Assembly: GCA_951406725.2 (NCBI GenBank)
Contig: OX597817.1
Coordinates: forward strand, 54,932,001 to 54,996,000
Source of the DNA: Octopus vulgaris
Lineage: Eukaryota
DNA: 64,000 nt
Reading direction: 5' to 3'
The position numbers were made by a program, and so were the translations under genes. This document shows, one piece after another, positions 1 to 14,499 of this stretch; the stretch's first letter is position 1, and each line of letters begins with the position of its first letter. The notes beneath the pieces were generated by a model, which did no database searches, was not told where the DNA came from, and saw nothing but the letters and a program-made list of their open reading frames with translations.

Positions 1-716
1 CAAAAATCTTAGCTTTACTTAAAATCTCTCGAATAATGTAAGAATTTTTATCAAGGGACATGATGGTATCGTGGAGGCATTTCAACCGTGTTTCGTGGTC
101 TGCTACCACAACAGCTCCTTTATAGGATCCCGTTGGCTCAAGATATCATCAGGCGGAACCACGTCCGGTTTCGGCCCCTACTCCTCTACCGTTTTGACGT
201 GCCCCCCCCCCTCCTTTCGGAGGTGTCCTCAGCTCTGGTGTTGGGTGCATGTCCTCTTTCTTCTGTTCCCTGGCCTCTTTGATGTGGCGTCAACGAGTTT
301 CAGCGGGTGATTGACTCTTTTGTCAATTTTTTTCCCTTTAAATACCTGCTGCTAGACTCCGGCAAGCAGCCCCAGCAAGCTGTCACGTGATACTGTCTCA
401 TCTTTAACTGACCAATGAAGGCGCGTAGTCTTAGGAAAGTACATGATTGAAATAAGTATTTCGTGTAGTGTTCATAACGGTCTTTATCTGTTGGGTTGAC
501 AGAAAACGAAAGGGAAGGCAGAAGACTGGACAATTTTATGCCGATTATCGATGCTGGGGTTTAACATTCGGTGCAGATACGTGCTACAAAAATGACGTCA
601 TTGATTTACTAATCGAATTGTTACACGGAATACAAAACAATCACTACTCTAACACGAATAGCACTTACAAACTGACCGAGATTCAAGGCTTCCTTGTCAT
701 GAATTCAAGTCCTACT

Positions 717-1022
717 CTTGTTATTTGTTCCTTCTCGAGCCACGCCTAGCTCATAGGGCCGATTTCCCGGTTTCCTTGGCGTATAGGTTCTCCACCTGGA
801 CGGGACACCGGTCCGTCGCAGGTGAGCTGCAAGATGCAGTAGGAAAGTGTGAGAGAAAGTTGTGGCGAAAGAGTCAGCAGAAGTTCGCAATTACCTTCTA
901 CCGGAGCCGCGTGGAGCTTAGGTGTTTCACTCATAAACACACACATCACCCGGTCTGAGATTCGAACCCACGATCCCTCGACCGCGAGTCCGCTGCTCTA
1001 ACTACTAGGCCATGTGCCTCCA
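717..1022 (-). mobile_element. tRNA-derived SINE (family D head, tail type 1), full length
   Basis: Minus strand starts TGGAGGCACATGGCCTAGTAGTTAGAGCAGCGGACTCGCGG (A box) ... GGGTTCGAATCTC (B box). Flanked by an 11-bp direct repeat CAAGTCCTACT (706-716, 1023-1033), a target-site duplication (TSD). Confidence 0.9.
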
Positions 1023-1216
1023 CAAGTCCTACTGTGGGCATGATATTTATCATGTTTAGCTTTTGCAATCTTTTCTATATTCTTTGATTGCAAACAAGTT
1101 ATTCTGTCAGCCCGTCATTTCTGTGTATTCCTTTGCACTGAGCATCTGTTTTCCCCCAGGATTCCTCCATCTGTTCCATGTCCAATGTTATCGATTTGTG
1201 TGTCCACAAACATCAG

Positions 1217-1454
1217 GTCTTCAGGCGGCGAGCTGGCAGAAACGTTAGCACGCCAGGCGAAATGCTTAGCGTTATTTCGTCTGCCGTTACGTTCTGAGTT
1301 CAAATTCGGCCGAAGTCGACTTAGCCTTTCATCATTTCGAGGTCGATTGAATAAGTACCAGTTATGCACTAGAGTCGATGTAATCGACTTAATCCCTTTA
1401 TCTGTCATTGTTTGTCCCCTCTATATTTAGCCCCTTGTGGGCAATAAAGAGATA
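1217..1454 (+). mobile_element. tRNA-derived SINE, family A (Deu/Nin-like central domain), full length
   Basis: GGCGGCGAGCTGGCAGAAACGTTAGCA head, GAGTTCAAATTC B box, GTCGACTTAGCCTTTCATC...AAGTACCAG core, tail CCCCTTGTGGGCAATAAAGA. TSD ACAAACATCAG at 1206-1216 and 1455-1465. Many further copies in the window. Confidence 0.9.
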
Positions 1455-2261
1455 ACAAACATCAGATTTTTATGAAGGGTTAACAGCATTTGACTCACTG
1501 CCTTTCCCCGTCTTTTTATTTCTTTCCCTGTTTCAATACAGTTTATACGAAACTACGCCCAAGCTGCAGCGGATCGTGACCAGCCAGTCGAATTTTTCGT
1601 TCTGATAAATGGTATTCAATGTTATCAGCCAAACCAAGTGGGTTGACGGTTTCTCCATTGACAGAATGAATATATATTTAGAAATCCTGGGTAAGACTTT
1701 GAACTGCATCCATTTGTAGGGCCCTGGAACTCCTGCTCCAAACCCCTACAACTTTCGAGGAGTGTGGAACTACTTCTTAACCACTATGGCTCCCAGGTCG
1801 AATCTGTGTGGGTTAGCATGTCGACTAAAACCTGCTCTAGCTTCCTTCCTTGGTGAAATCCAGCACAGCGTTTGTTCCGAGATCACCTGATTGCCCTGGT
1901 CACGCAGCATCTGCGTCTGTCTGACGTTCGGAGGCAAGCTGCGTGTCTTGTGCTGCTATTAGCTACAGCAGAACTAAGACAAGTAAACTGGCTGTAAATG
2001 CGTGCCACGACGACGTGGATGCAGCAGCTCTCTGCAGCTTGTCTCCGGCCGCCATCGCACTGGTCACCGATAAGTCAAGTTGTGCGGTGAAGGAAACAAA
2101 TCTTTGAACAGATTTAGAATCGTCTCAGCTTCGCTCAATGTAATTTTGGTAATAGAAGTAATTAGATCACCGTCTGTGTCGAAGATAATTTTGATATTTC
2201 CTGAAGTGAATTACTTGTTCATAGAATCAGTGTTAGTAGTTGAGTATTCCGAGTACCATTA

Positions 2262-2505
2262 ACGTAATTAATAACCAAAATCAGCGTGACACAGTGTGAA
2301 CGAAGTTATACTTCTGAATTACAGGTTCCAATATGTTCTATATTTAAGAGATGAGGAATTATGTACCTTATTTACATTATTTACATTTGACGGATATTTG
2401 TCCTCATCTTGTTTGTTGTTAACACAACGTTTCGGCTGATATACCCTCCAGCCTTTATCATGTGTCTTGGGGAAATTTTGAAACTGAGTTCTCATTCCTA
2501 AGGTA

Positions 2506-2562
<57 letters not shown>

Positions 2563-2934
2563 CATCATCATCAAAATCATTATTATTATTTTTATTCAGA
2601 TCACTGCCTGAAATCAAACTCGGAATCTTGGAGTTAGTAGTCCGCGCTCTTTACCACTACGCCATATGCCCGTGGGCATATGGCGTTGTGTTAATAACAA
2701 ACAACATGAGGACAAATATCCGTCAAATGTAAATAATGTAAATAATGTAAATAAGTTTCCAATCGGTCCAGAAGGATTTCACACAATTTTCGTGAACACA
2801 ATTTCATTTACAAAGCATGAACGAGTTGGACCGAGATAATAGTAAAAATGCATGACAGCAAATGCCGACCTGTGATATCGAACCCGTGACGCTGCGATTG
2901 CGAATTTCTTAGCCAATCGACCAAGTGGCGCCCC
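2262..2934 (-). mobile_element. Old, degenerate family C-like SINE split by the 2333-2756 insertion
   Basis: 2262-2332 matches family C (TAACGTA...TCAGCGTGACACAG...GAATTACAGG; compare 15069-15140). Degenerate tRNA-like head remnant at 2865-2934 (ATCGAACCCGTGAC on +). Confidence 0.5.
2333..2756 (-). mobile_element. tRNA-head/(AAT)n/hammerhead composite retroelement with an inverted partial duplication at its 5' end
   Basis: Homologous to 37784-38747. Minus-strand head GGGCATATGGCGTAGTGG...GAGTTTGATTTC, (AAT)n, then mutated hammerhead at 2421-2466. 2674-2755 repeats the head start and 3' tail in the opposite orientation. Possible TSD TTCCAAT (2326-2332, 2757-2763). Confidence 0.85.
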
Positions 2935-2948
2935 ACTGTTGTATTATA

Positions 2949-3154
2949 TATTTTTTATTGCTCATTAGGGGCTAAACATAGAGGGGACAAACAAGGACAG
3001 ACAAAGGGATTAAGTCGATTACATCGACCCAGTGCGAAACTGGTAATTTATTTATCGACCTCGGCGGAATTTGAACTCACAACGTAACGGCAGACAAAAT
3101 ACAGGTACGAATTTCGCCCGGGGTGCTAACATTTCTGACAGCTCGCTGCCTTCA
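2949..3154 (-). mobile_element. SINE family A (internal deletion in core)
   Basis: Reverse complement of the 1217-1454 type. TSD TGTTGTATTATA at 2937-2948 and 3155-3166. Confidence 0.9.
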
Positions 3155-3334
3155 TGTTGTATTATACTTAATAAGAACACTGTAGGTTAACAACACAATA
3201 GAGTAATAGCACACGCATTGTTACAATTTCAATGAAGCGCTATAAGTCTCGTTTCAGCCAAACGGTGTCCGTCCAGTTGTGTCATCCACGGTACAGATAA
3301 CTATTTCTGATTTAGATTCATAAGCAGCCATTTT

Positions 3335-3510
3335 AGAAGTGGATTAGTTGATTAAATTCACAGCAACCTTTGACACTACTTCATTTCAGCGAGACTGAAG
3401 CAATGAAAATAAATTACAATTTCAGCGGGATTTGCGTTCAGAACGTAAAGAGCCGAAAGAAATACCGCAAGGCACTTTTTCCTATACTCTATTGATTCTT
3501 AGCAGCTCTT
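3335..3510 (-). mobile_element. Degenerate SINE family A
   Basis: CAGCGGGATTTGCGTTCAGAACGTAAAGAG...AAATACCGCAAGGCA matches the family A head in reverse. Confidence 0.55.
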
Positions 3511-4726
3511 TGACTAGATTGTTGGTTGTAACACCGAGAATGTTTTGAAGCAAAGCTAGGTATATTTTCTGAGGCAGAGTAGTTGAAACAATGATCAATG
3601 TAGTTTAACCTTACAAGTTGAATTGCAGATCAATCGAGCCTTCAGCTGAACAATTAAGCCTTCCTCATTAATTAAGATGATCTACAACATTTAATTGATT
3701 CATTAGGTTTCGTGACATTCAATAATGTGTCTATATATTCTAGGAGATGTTAAATCATTTGGAAAAGTCACAGATAGGAAACAAAGTATCATTAAATGGC
3801 TCTCTCTTTCTCTATCTCTCTCTATACACATACACACACACATATATAGTAATAGGTAAGTACGATCCAGAGAGCCAAGCGTAGAAATTTAGGAAGCTTC
3901 GAGTAATGATGCAGCTACAACTGATGATAAAAGCTGGACAATATACGATAGAACAAGTTTATTACATTCGTAAGTCTATTGGGGTAACACTACTGCTGAC
4001 GCAAACAATAATGAGCAAAGCTGACTTGTAAACCTTTAATATGATTTGTAGTGTATTAAAATGAAATGCGAAAATGAAATGCCGTGTGCTTGATAGCACA
4101 CAACATTCTATCATTCCATCTCAATTAATTAATTACAAAACATTTTTAACAATATTGTTATTTTTTTAGATTTGGTTTTTTTCTTTTTAATTCCTCTATT
4201 ATTTTGGTATTAGTTGCCAGTTATGTGTTTAATATGTAAATTGGTCTAAGCAATAGTATTTACACCGCTAAATTTTGGGTAGTAAGTAATGTGTGCCTGG
4301 ATAGTTTATGACCTGGTTGTGGTGCCGATGAAATGGTAATAATACTTGAAATCCGCATATACACACATTACCAATTTCAGTTTCCAGAGAAACAAGCAGC
4401 CAAACTGTTTATATGCTCAACAAATGCAGCAGTTACTCTATGAGGCAGTCCCTAATTTGCATATCGAAAGTGTTTAACACTCTCTAAATACAGCGGCCTG
4501 TCGACGGGGATCTTAGACCACACACTATCAAGGTGTGATATAATAAATATCTAACATGGTATAATTATCAACAGAGCCATTTTAGCCATTTCTCCGCAGA
4601 CTGAAAAAATGGTAAACAACCTCAATCGATTTTGAAACCTTGTTGGTTTATATACATTCGCCATGATTGATCGCTAGCCACTAAACCTTGTTCTTATTTT
4701 CTCTCTCTCTGCTTATTTCTGTGTTC

Positions 4727-4762
4727 CTTTCTGTTGAAGAGCGTAGGCTCGAAACGTAAAAG
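4727..4762 (+). ncRNA. Hammerhead-like motif (CUGUUGA core variant) in a short Penelope-like non-autonomous element (~4670-4845)
   Basis: cttt-CTGTTGA-A-GAGC-GTAG-GCTC-GAAACGTA-aaag: helix I, helix II, palindromic ACGT helix III; A6 replaced by U. Homologous copy at 31052-31089 with a shared downstream tail. Confidence 0.6.
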
Positions 4763-4903
4763 ACTTTCACACTTCCCGAACTAATACATCTGTTTGTTGT
4801 TTACACACCCGTCTTCGTCTTTTATTTTTTGTAAATTCCAACTATATACATATATATATACATACATACATATACATACATACTTACATACATACATACA
4901 TAC

Positions 4904-4934
<31 letters not shown>

Positions 4935-4940
4935 CATACA

Positions 4941-4971
<31 letters not shown>

Positions 4972-4984
4972 GCATACATATGTC

Positions 4985-5575
4985 CTCGGGCAAAAGTGGG
5001 GGAAAGCTTCATTTCACGTTGTCTGACAATGCCATACCAACTTTTAGAAAAGAATCAGCCAAGACTTTGGGAAAATGCTTGACAGCAGCCTGAAGAATAG
5101 CCTTTATCTGCAGAACCAGCAAAACCTTGAGAAATGGCTTATCATGTTCGCCATTTCTACAATGCTCGGTTGCTTCATACTTTCGGTATACTAACATGCT
5201 ATACTTTATAGAATTTTGTGACGCTCTTGTTATTATATCAGTATGTTATCTGTGTAAAACCTGGGGCAGTTCAGCAGGTTTTGAGGTGCAAGCTTGACTT
5301 ACTGAGGAACCAAAGCAGTGGTACTCTTTACTTGCTAACCGACATCTTACCACACACGACCAGCAGCCACTCGAAGGATTTTGTAACGTTGAAAACAAAA
5401 GAAACTATGAGGTGCAATAATTGTAGAAACACATACGTAGCAGAAAGTGGTATTGACGTTTGGATGCAGGAAGTAGATTGCTGTCAGGGAGTTGTCGGTC
5501 GCTGAGGAATGTTTGTGGCAGAAGAACGTTCTAGCTGGAACTGTAGCGAAAGGGCATTCGTGCTTGGGTTACGTT
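4985..5575 (+). mobile_element. Decayed Hero/R2-group non-LTR retrotransposon fragment (post-RT region)
   Basis: Frameshifted translation [21 protein letters not shown] / DSSLKN...LEKWL...VY*HAILYRIL* / AEECLWQKNVLAGTVAKGHSCLG parallels Hero-type IPTVxEKPVKSLGKxFDxSLKD...WIYQHGILPRILW...AESRLRHxxLVGxVAxGRAGLG. Confidence 0.6.
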
Positions 5576-6262
5576 CCAACACACCAGATTAAGGGAAAAA
5601 AATGAGGTACTATTAGACTAAATTAGACGTACCAGCAAAATCTGTGGATTAGCAGAACGGTAAGAATATCAAATTGAAAACCTTGCAGTATCTCATCTAT
5701 TCTGCTTTCAAATCAAAACAGTCTTCTTGAGTGCTAGAATCATCAGTTACCTGGATGAGCATCCCAGTGTGGTGCCATTTGGGAATTTAGCAGAATCTAG
5801 TCTATTACAACTCTTCGGTTCAGGTCATAGTTTGAGAATAGCTTAAAAGCCTTGTAGATGCTCATGGGTGATGCCTTATGCCTTAAATATACAATAAAAA
5901 ATGCATACATTAAACATACTTATATATCTTGCTCTTAGCTTTTAAAATGGCGGCTCTATGTGGTATGTCGAACTGGTAGACGTACCAGCAAAATAATCTT
6001 AAACATTACATTATTGATTAAAACAGGACAAGAATATTGGTCAATGTAGTACTAGATATATTAAGGAAAAAAAAAACCGGATGTCCACAGCTGGAATGTC
6101 TTTGATCTTAGGTTTGCTCAAACATTGCTCCCTGGGGCTAAAAAACAATGAAACCTGACAGATTTAGCGTAAACATTTTATAGCCAACCGAAAACATCTG
6201 ATGCGAATGGTTGCTTTATATCTTTATATTTATATTTTTAATGTTTTTAATAACAGATTTCA

Positions 6263-6318
<56 letters not shown>

Positions 6319-6532
6319 GTATTAGTATTATATTCTATATCCGATTTTATATAAAGTTGACATATTCACAGCAACCTTTGCATTGCGGTTTTCAATTTAG
6401 ATCGTCCATAGAAAATCTCAAAGCCACTCCTACAGGAATTGTACAAACTCTTCATACTTTAGAAACCATTCAAGAATGGACAGAGATAAAATGCACACAG
6501 ACAAACAGACCTACATATGCGCACGCACAGAG

Positions 6533-6567
<35 letters not shown>

Positions 6568-7292
6568 TACATATATACTTACATACATACACATGCATAC
6601 ATAGATACATACATTCAATTCATGCATACCTACATATATGCACAGACAGACTCTTTAAATGTGTGTGAGTGTATGTTTGTATGTATGTAGATATATACAC
6701 AGCATAATCGATAAAGGCTGAAAGATAGAAGAACGGAAGTTACCAAAGAAATAAATGAAACTGGAAGCGGGCGGAGTTAATATAAGCGATGCTATGGCTT
6801 GACATTTCCTCTAGCAGACGCACTGCCTGGTTTTAGTGATTCTCTGCTTTATTTCCATTCTAACTCTCCTATAATTCCTATTTAGACAAAATAAATTTCA
6901 GTAAACCAATAAAAGATTTTGCTTGTACTAACCAAGTGTGTCAGATCAAAATTAAGGTTTGGTCAGTCATACAAAATTGCTTAGCTTCATTTGTTTAACT
7001 CCATTTAAAATAGCATTATGTAAGTGTGAAGGTGTATGTGTGCACATGAGTGTGTATGTGTGTGCATGAGTGTATATGTGTGTGCATGAGTGTGTATGTG
7101 TGCATAAATATAGAGAGTGAGAAAGTGGAGAGAAAGTGAGAGGTGTACGTTTAGTGTTCTTGTTGTATGTATAAATATCTATATAAGTGTACACACAGAC
7201 TTAAATTCACAGATAAATTCTTTCTTATTCTTGCACACAGCCAACAGTTTTGAGGAAAGTGTGTGTACGTGTGTGTGTGTGTGTGGGGGGGG

Positions 7293-7469
7293 GGGTCAAA
7301 TACATCCACTTTAGTGCTCCGCTGGTACTTGCTGCATCGACCCCGAAAAGTTGAAAGACAAAGTTGATATCGGTGGTATTTGAACTGAAAATATAAAACG
7401 GTGGTAGAAATATCCATAAAGATTTTTTTTTGTCCGGCGTGCAAACGTCTCTGGCAGCACATCGCCTTT
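7293..7469 (-). mobile_element. Degenerate SINE family A
   Basis: CTGGTACTT...ATCGACCCCGAAAAGTTGAAAGACAAAGTTGA...ATTTGAACT core in reverse. Confidence 0.7.
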
Positions 7470-7494
7470 CGCACTCAATAAATAAATAAATAGA

Positions 7495-7712
7495 TACTCT
7501 TTTACTCTCTTTTACTCGTTTCAGTCATTTTGACTGAGGCCATGCTAGAGCACCGCCTTTAGTCGAGGAAATCGACCCAGGACTTATTCTTTGGAAGCCT
7601 AGTACTTATTCTATCGGTGTCTTTTGCCGAACCGCTAATGTTAGGGGGACGTAAACACACCAGCATCGGTTGTCAAGCGATGTTGGGAGAAAACACAAAC
7701 ACACACACACAT

Positions 7713-7757
<45 letters not shown>

Positions 7758-7920
7758 CGACGGGCTTCTTTCAATTTCCGTCTACCAAATCCACTCACAA
7801 GGCTTTGGTCGGCCTGAGCCTATAGTAGAAGACACTTGCCCAAGGTTTCACACAGTGGGACTGAACCCGGAACCATGTGGTTGGTAAGCAAACTGCTTAC
7901 CACACAGCCACGCCTGCGCC
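7495..7920 (-). mobile_element. tRNA-derived SINE family B (CORE-like domain, internal (TA)n(GT)n, CR1-like tail), full length
   Basis: Head GGCGCAGGCGTGGCTGTGTGGTAAG...GGTTCAGTCCC, CCTTGGGCAAGTGTCTT, internal microsatellite, tail GGCGGTGCTCTAGCATGGCC...ACTGAAACGAGTAAAAGAG. Confidence 0.9.
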
Positions 7921-8419
7921 TAAATAAAACGTATAATTTACAATCGACAGAAAAAAATACTCACTCTAGGATGTATGTGTCCCTTCATGATGCATTCCGT
8001 TGCTATTAAGTGTTTCATGTCAAACGCACATAACAGACAGACAAAGACTACAGAAAACAAGCTTGGAAGAAAACCTGTGCTTTGTAGGAATATTAACGGA
8101 AGTGAAAAATAGTCAGCTTCCAGATCGTTGCACAATGTTGATGTTTTCGAAAAGTAGATCATTGTAAAATGCCCGTTGAGTATTTATGAACTCAAAGTTA
8201 GACACAAATGGAAGTCGATCTAACGTAGTGGTAGATGGTATATGTCAAATTTTAATCTCTTCATTCCTCTTTTAGACTCATCACCTGCATCATCATAGCA
8301 ATTTGCAAGGCGTGCTTTGTTTTTTTCTCTTCTCGTGTCACGAGAAACGATAAAGCACACCCTGTTTGTGACATTGGCCTTTAATTCCAGCAACTTGAAG
8401 CTTCCCAGTGGTTGAGTGT

Positions 8420-8990
8420 TTCATGCTGGATATTTCATCTGGTGGAGACGTTTCGTGCCTGTTCAACAAACATAAACATTCTCAGAAAGCAGGAGTCATC
8501 AGAATGGCTACGTAAGGAAACCCCAGCAATTTGATAAGAACCTTAATCAAGCAATCCCGCGGTGGAGTCTAATACCAGATGTTTCTTGCAAATTGTCTTC
8601 AAATACATGTTATATATGACGAAGAGAAGGCTAAACAACCATATGAAGGAAAGCTGTGAGAACATATGATTTTGAAGGCTATGTGGTTTCCTGATATTCT
8701 GATTTGAACCGTTGGATTGCTGCAACTTCCGAATCGACTGGCGTTCGCATGTCACCTAGGACTTGTTGATAGATGCAACTAATAACGGAGTGAACAGCAC
8801 AAAATAGGATCCACCTTATTCTGGCTTGTAGTTACCGACGTAAACGCCACGAGGAATGTAGGTGCGGTTTTATGATTGCCCTGTGTCCTTCATTTATCTA
8901 GAAGTAAGTTAGTGTCGTTTTTATGGGAATGTATTGTCTTTTCTAGATTTGGCACTTGCCTTGTTGTGCCTTGATCAAGGATGCCTTCAT
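8420..8990 (-). mobile_element. Possible heavily decayed Penelope-like 3' fragment
   Basis: Minus strand gives YIPRGVYVG (GIY-YIG-like), followed by a degenerate hammerhead CTGAGAATG...GGCACGAAACGTC at ~8446-8485. Many stops. Confidence 0.35.
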
Positions 8991-9378
8991 TAGACGTTGC
9001 CCCAGTTCCCTCAACTGAAAATGTGTTCTGTCAACTTTAATTCGGCGCTCCATTCAGATTATTGCACTCTTAGTTCTTTTAAACGCAACGGAAAGGGAGA
9101 TATCCTCCATTCTAATGGGCTTTGTAAATCCGGCACAAAAGAAAAATACAATAATAGAGCATATTCAGTACTTCACATATAAACAGCTACCATAAATGGC
9201 TACAGTAGAACATGTAGCACAATTGAGGAAGCCCATACGAAACACGGTGACCACAGCAACAAAACGTAACGCACATTTCATACGCCGCAGGCGCAGATCG
9301 CAAACAGGTGAACACTAAGATGATACCAGTAAAAGACTACCAATGATAAAGAGAGACAGATGTAACAGAGAGTATCTA

Positions 9379-9410
<32 letters not shown>

Positions 9411-9462
9411 ACACACACACACACACATACACACACACACTTACACACACACACACACACTT

Positions 9463-9497
<35 letters not shown>

Positions 9498-10003
9498 CAT
9501 AAGTCATAATTTTCTTTGAATTATATACATAAAAGTCTATATAGGTAATTTTCAACTAACTTTAACAACGCATCAGTTAACCTTTCATGGCAACCGTACC
9601 GCATACACCCCAAGACTACAGAGTTATGATTGGTAGTACAGGGAAGTAATGCATAAACTTATGAAAACAAGATCGGGGTAATGTTAGTAATAGTTATAAT
9701 CGCAGAGATAGAAATATTAATGAAAGCAGTAATATATTCATATATATATATACATATACATATGTATATGTGTGTGTGTGTGTGAGGTGTGTGTACAATA
9801 TATGATTTATGCATGCATGAGTGTGTATGTGCATTTAAATACGTATATATGTATGTGCGTATGTATATGTACATATTTATTACATATTCATACAAACATA
9901 TATATATATATGTATATATACATATACTTAGTTGTATAAATATATCTCATATTTACGCATACATAAGTATTTGTGTGTGTGTGTGTATCTATCTATCTAT
10001 ATG

Positions 10004-10074
<71 letters not shown>

Positions 10075-10779
10075 ATATATATATATATATATATGTATAT
10101 AAAACCATTGATGTATATACATGCATATATATATGCATAGGGATATATATATTTATACATATATTGAAAAGGCGATTGGCAACAAGAGATAAAATATATT
10201 TTCAGGCCAGCGACTCGGTTCTGTAGGAATTAGTTCTTTGTGATATTGATGCTACTTATCTTTAAATTCTTCCTCTTTATTCATCTTTCAAAATGTCTTT
10301 CTGTGGTTGAGATAATTGGCCGTTAGCCTCATTCTGAATTTATCTTCTTGACATTTATATTAGGTTTGAAGATATTTCTGATTGTAAGATTAGGAGATAA
10401 GTCAGGTCAGAAGTTTCATACACACCTCCGAACTCTACTTATTGCTAATCATCTACGTACGTACGTATGTATGTATGTATGTATGTATGTATGTATGTAT
10501 GTATGTATGTATGTATGTATGTATGTATGTATATATGTATGTATGTATGTATGCATGTATGTATGTATGTAGGTATGTAGGTATATATGTATTTACGTAT
10601 GTATGTATGTATGTATGTATGTATGTATTCATGTATTCATGTATGAGTGAACATATGAATGTGTCAAAGTATACATGTATGCTAGCGTGCATATATATAT
10701 AATGAATATATATAATATATATATATATATATACAAATATATATGTAAATGAATATATATGTATATGAGTGTATATCTA

Positions 10780-10826
<47 letters not shown>

Positions 10827-10949
10827 GTGTGTATATGTATTTACATATATATATATATAATGAATATATATATAATATATATATATACAAATATATAAAT
10901 ACACATATATATATAAATAATTATATACGCATATGAGTGTGTATATATG

Positions 10950-10996
<47 letters not shown>

Positions 10997-11449
10997 ATAT
11001 GTATATATATATGCATATATATGTGTGTATATATATAATTATATATATGTATGTATATATACATACATATATACATATATGTATGTGTGTGTATGGAAGC
11101 ATGGCGGTCTTGTATCAGAATTATACATTATTTTATATGACACCAATTATCTGTGTATAGACGTATACATGTTTATGATAGTATATACGAATTCTGTGTC
11201 TTTAAAAACTCTGCATACCTATAAACACATATATAACTCTGCATACCTATAAACACATATATAACTTTTTGTCGATGAATTAAGAAATTTGAAAATGTCT
11301 CGTATTGAGATAGATAAATGCAAATGAAGATAGCAATCAATAAATAAGAGTTTGTAACTTATTTATTGAAGAGTGTACAAGACCGAGATATTTTATGAGC
11401 CGTCCTTCATTTTCAATCGAGCTTGTTTTATTAAAAGCATGTGTGCCTT

Positions 11450-13314
<1,865 letters not shown>

Positions 13315-13315
13315 G

Positions 13316-13371
<56 letters not shown>

Positions 13372-13390
13372 TATTATTATTATTATTATT

Positions 13391-13859
13391 CTATGTTTGA
13401 GTTTTGCTTTATATTTGTACAAGTTGGCTCCAAGTCTCACCCAGAGACCTCAAGAGACAACAGGTTGGAAGTTCATGTTGTTGTTATGCCTAGTGTGCCA
13501 TATATTGGGGGGGGGGCTTTTGGTGTTGTACTAATGAATGTCTAAAAAAAAAATTTTTTTTTTTTAAACCGAAAATTATGTTTGTTTTAAACCTTGAGAT
13601 TACATAGAAAGTATTTTGCGTAGGATATGAGCAGTTCCCATGAGCACTATCTTTTGAATTTCTGCCATTTTGGGGTTTCCTGGTATCTGAGTTAGGTAGC
13701 TATCAGCCCCTTTTGCTATCATTCCCAGGGCACCTATGACAACAGGAGGTTCCACATTTTGCTGATTTCTATTTCAAGATCTTTATATTTGCTCAGTTTT
13801 AGGTAGATCTTGACAGATACGTTTATATCGATTGGGACAGTCATATCAATGAGGAGGCA

Positions 13860-13862
<3 letters not shown>
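13391..13862 (-). mobile_element. R4/Dong-clade LINE 3' fragment, second subfamily
   Basis: CLLIDMTVPIDINVSVKIYLKLSKYKDLEIEISKMWNL...VVIGALGMI...IQKIVLMGTAHILRKILSM* (RLE C-terminus), with a different 3' UTR. Flanked by (TAA)n. Confidence 0.88.
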
Positions 13863-13938
<76 letters not shown>

Positions 13939-13941
<3 letters not shown>

Positions 13942-14325
13942 TAGTTTTATTTTTATAGCGTGCTTTCACTTCACTACCGATCGCAGCTCTGTGTGCCTTA
14001 GGTATGTGCTGTGATTTGTTGTGATGCTCTGATGGTTATTGTATGGAAAGTGTTCTGCGTAGGATATGTGCAGTGCCTAGTAGTGCAATTTTCTGTATGT
14101 TATATGTGTTTGTAAGTCCTGGTGTTTTTTGTTATGTATTTGTCTGAATATTTTTTTATCATGCCTAATGCACCTATTATGATAGGAATTGTTTCTGTTT
14201 TTAGATTCCACATTCTGGTTACCTCTATTTCCATGTCTTTGTATTTTGAAAGTTTCTCCATTTCTTTTACAGACAGGTTGTCATCCACTGGTATTGATAC
14301 ATCAATTAGAAAACATTTTTTTTCT

Positions 14326-14328
<3 letters not shown>
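13939..14328 (-). mobile_element. R4/Dong-clade LINE 3' fragment, same subfamily as 11686-13278
   Basis: Near-identical to 11686-12072 (KLSKYKDMEIEVTRMWNLKTETIPIIIGALG). Flanked by (TAA)n. Confidence 0.9.
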
Positions 14329-14387
<59 letters not shown>

Positions 14388-14499
14388 GATATAATTTGTT
14401 TACGGGAAACGTTTTGAATATGCAAAGAAATCTCCATTGTTTACAAATTCCATCCAAGGATTCTTGTTATTATTATTATATTTATCTTACATTATATCA

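Noticed and set aside
71-310. GC-richer short ORFs at the window start
   Set aside because: No recognisable motif on either strand; possibly a retroelement fragment but unsupported.
10160-10450. Possible Penelope GIY-YIG remnant (minus strand RLTANYLNHRKTF)
   Set aside because: Similarity is too short and degraded to call.
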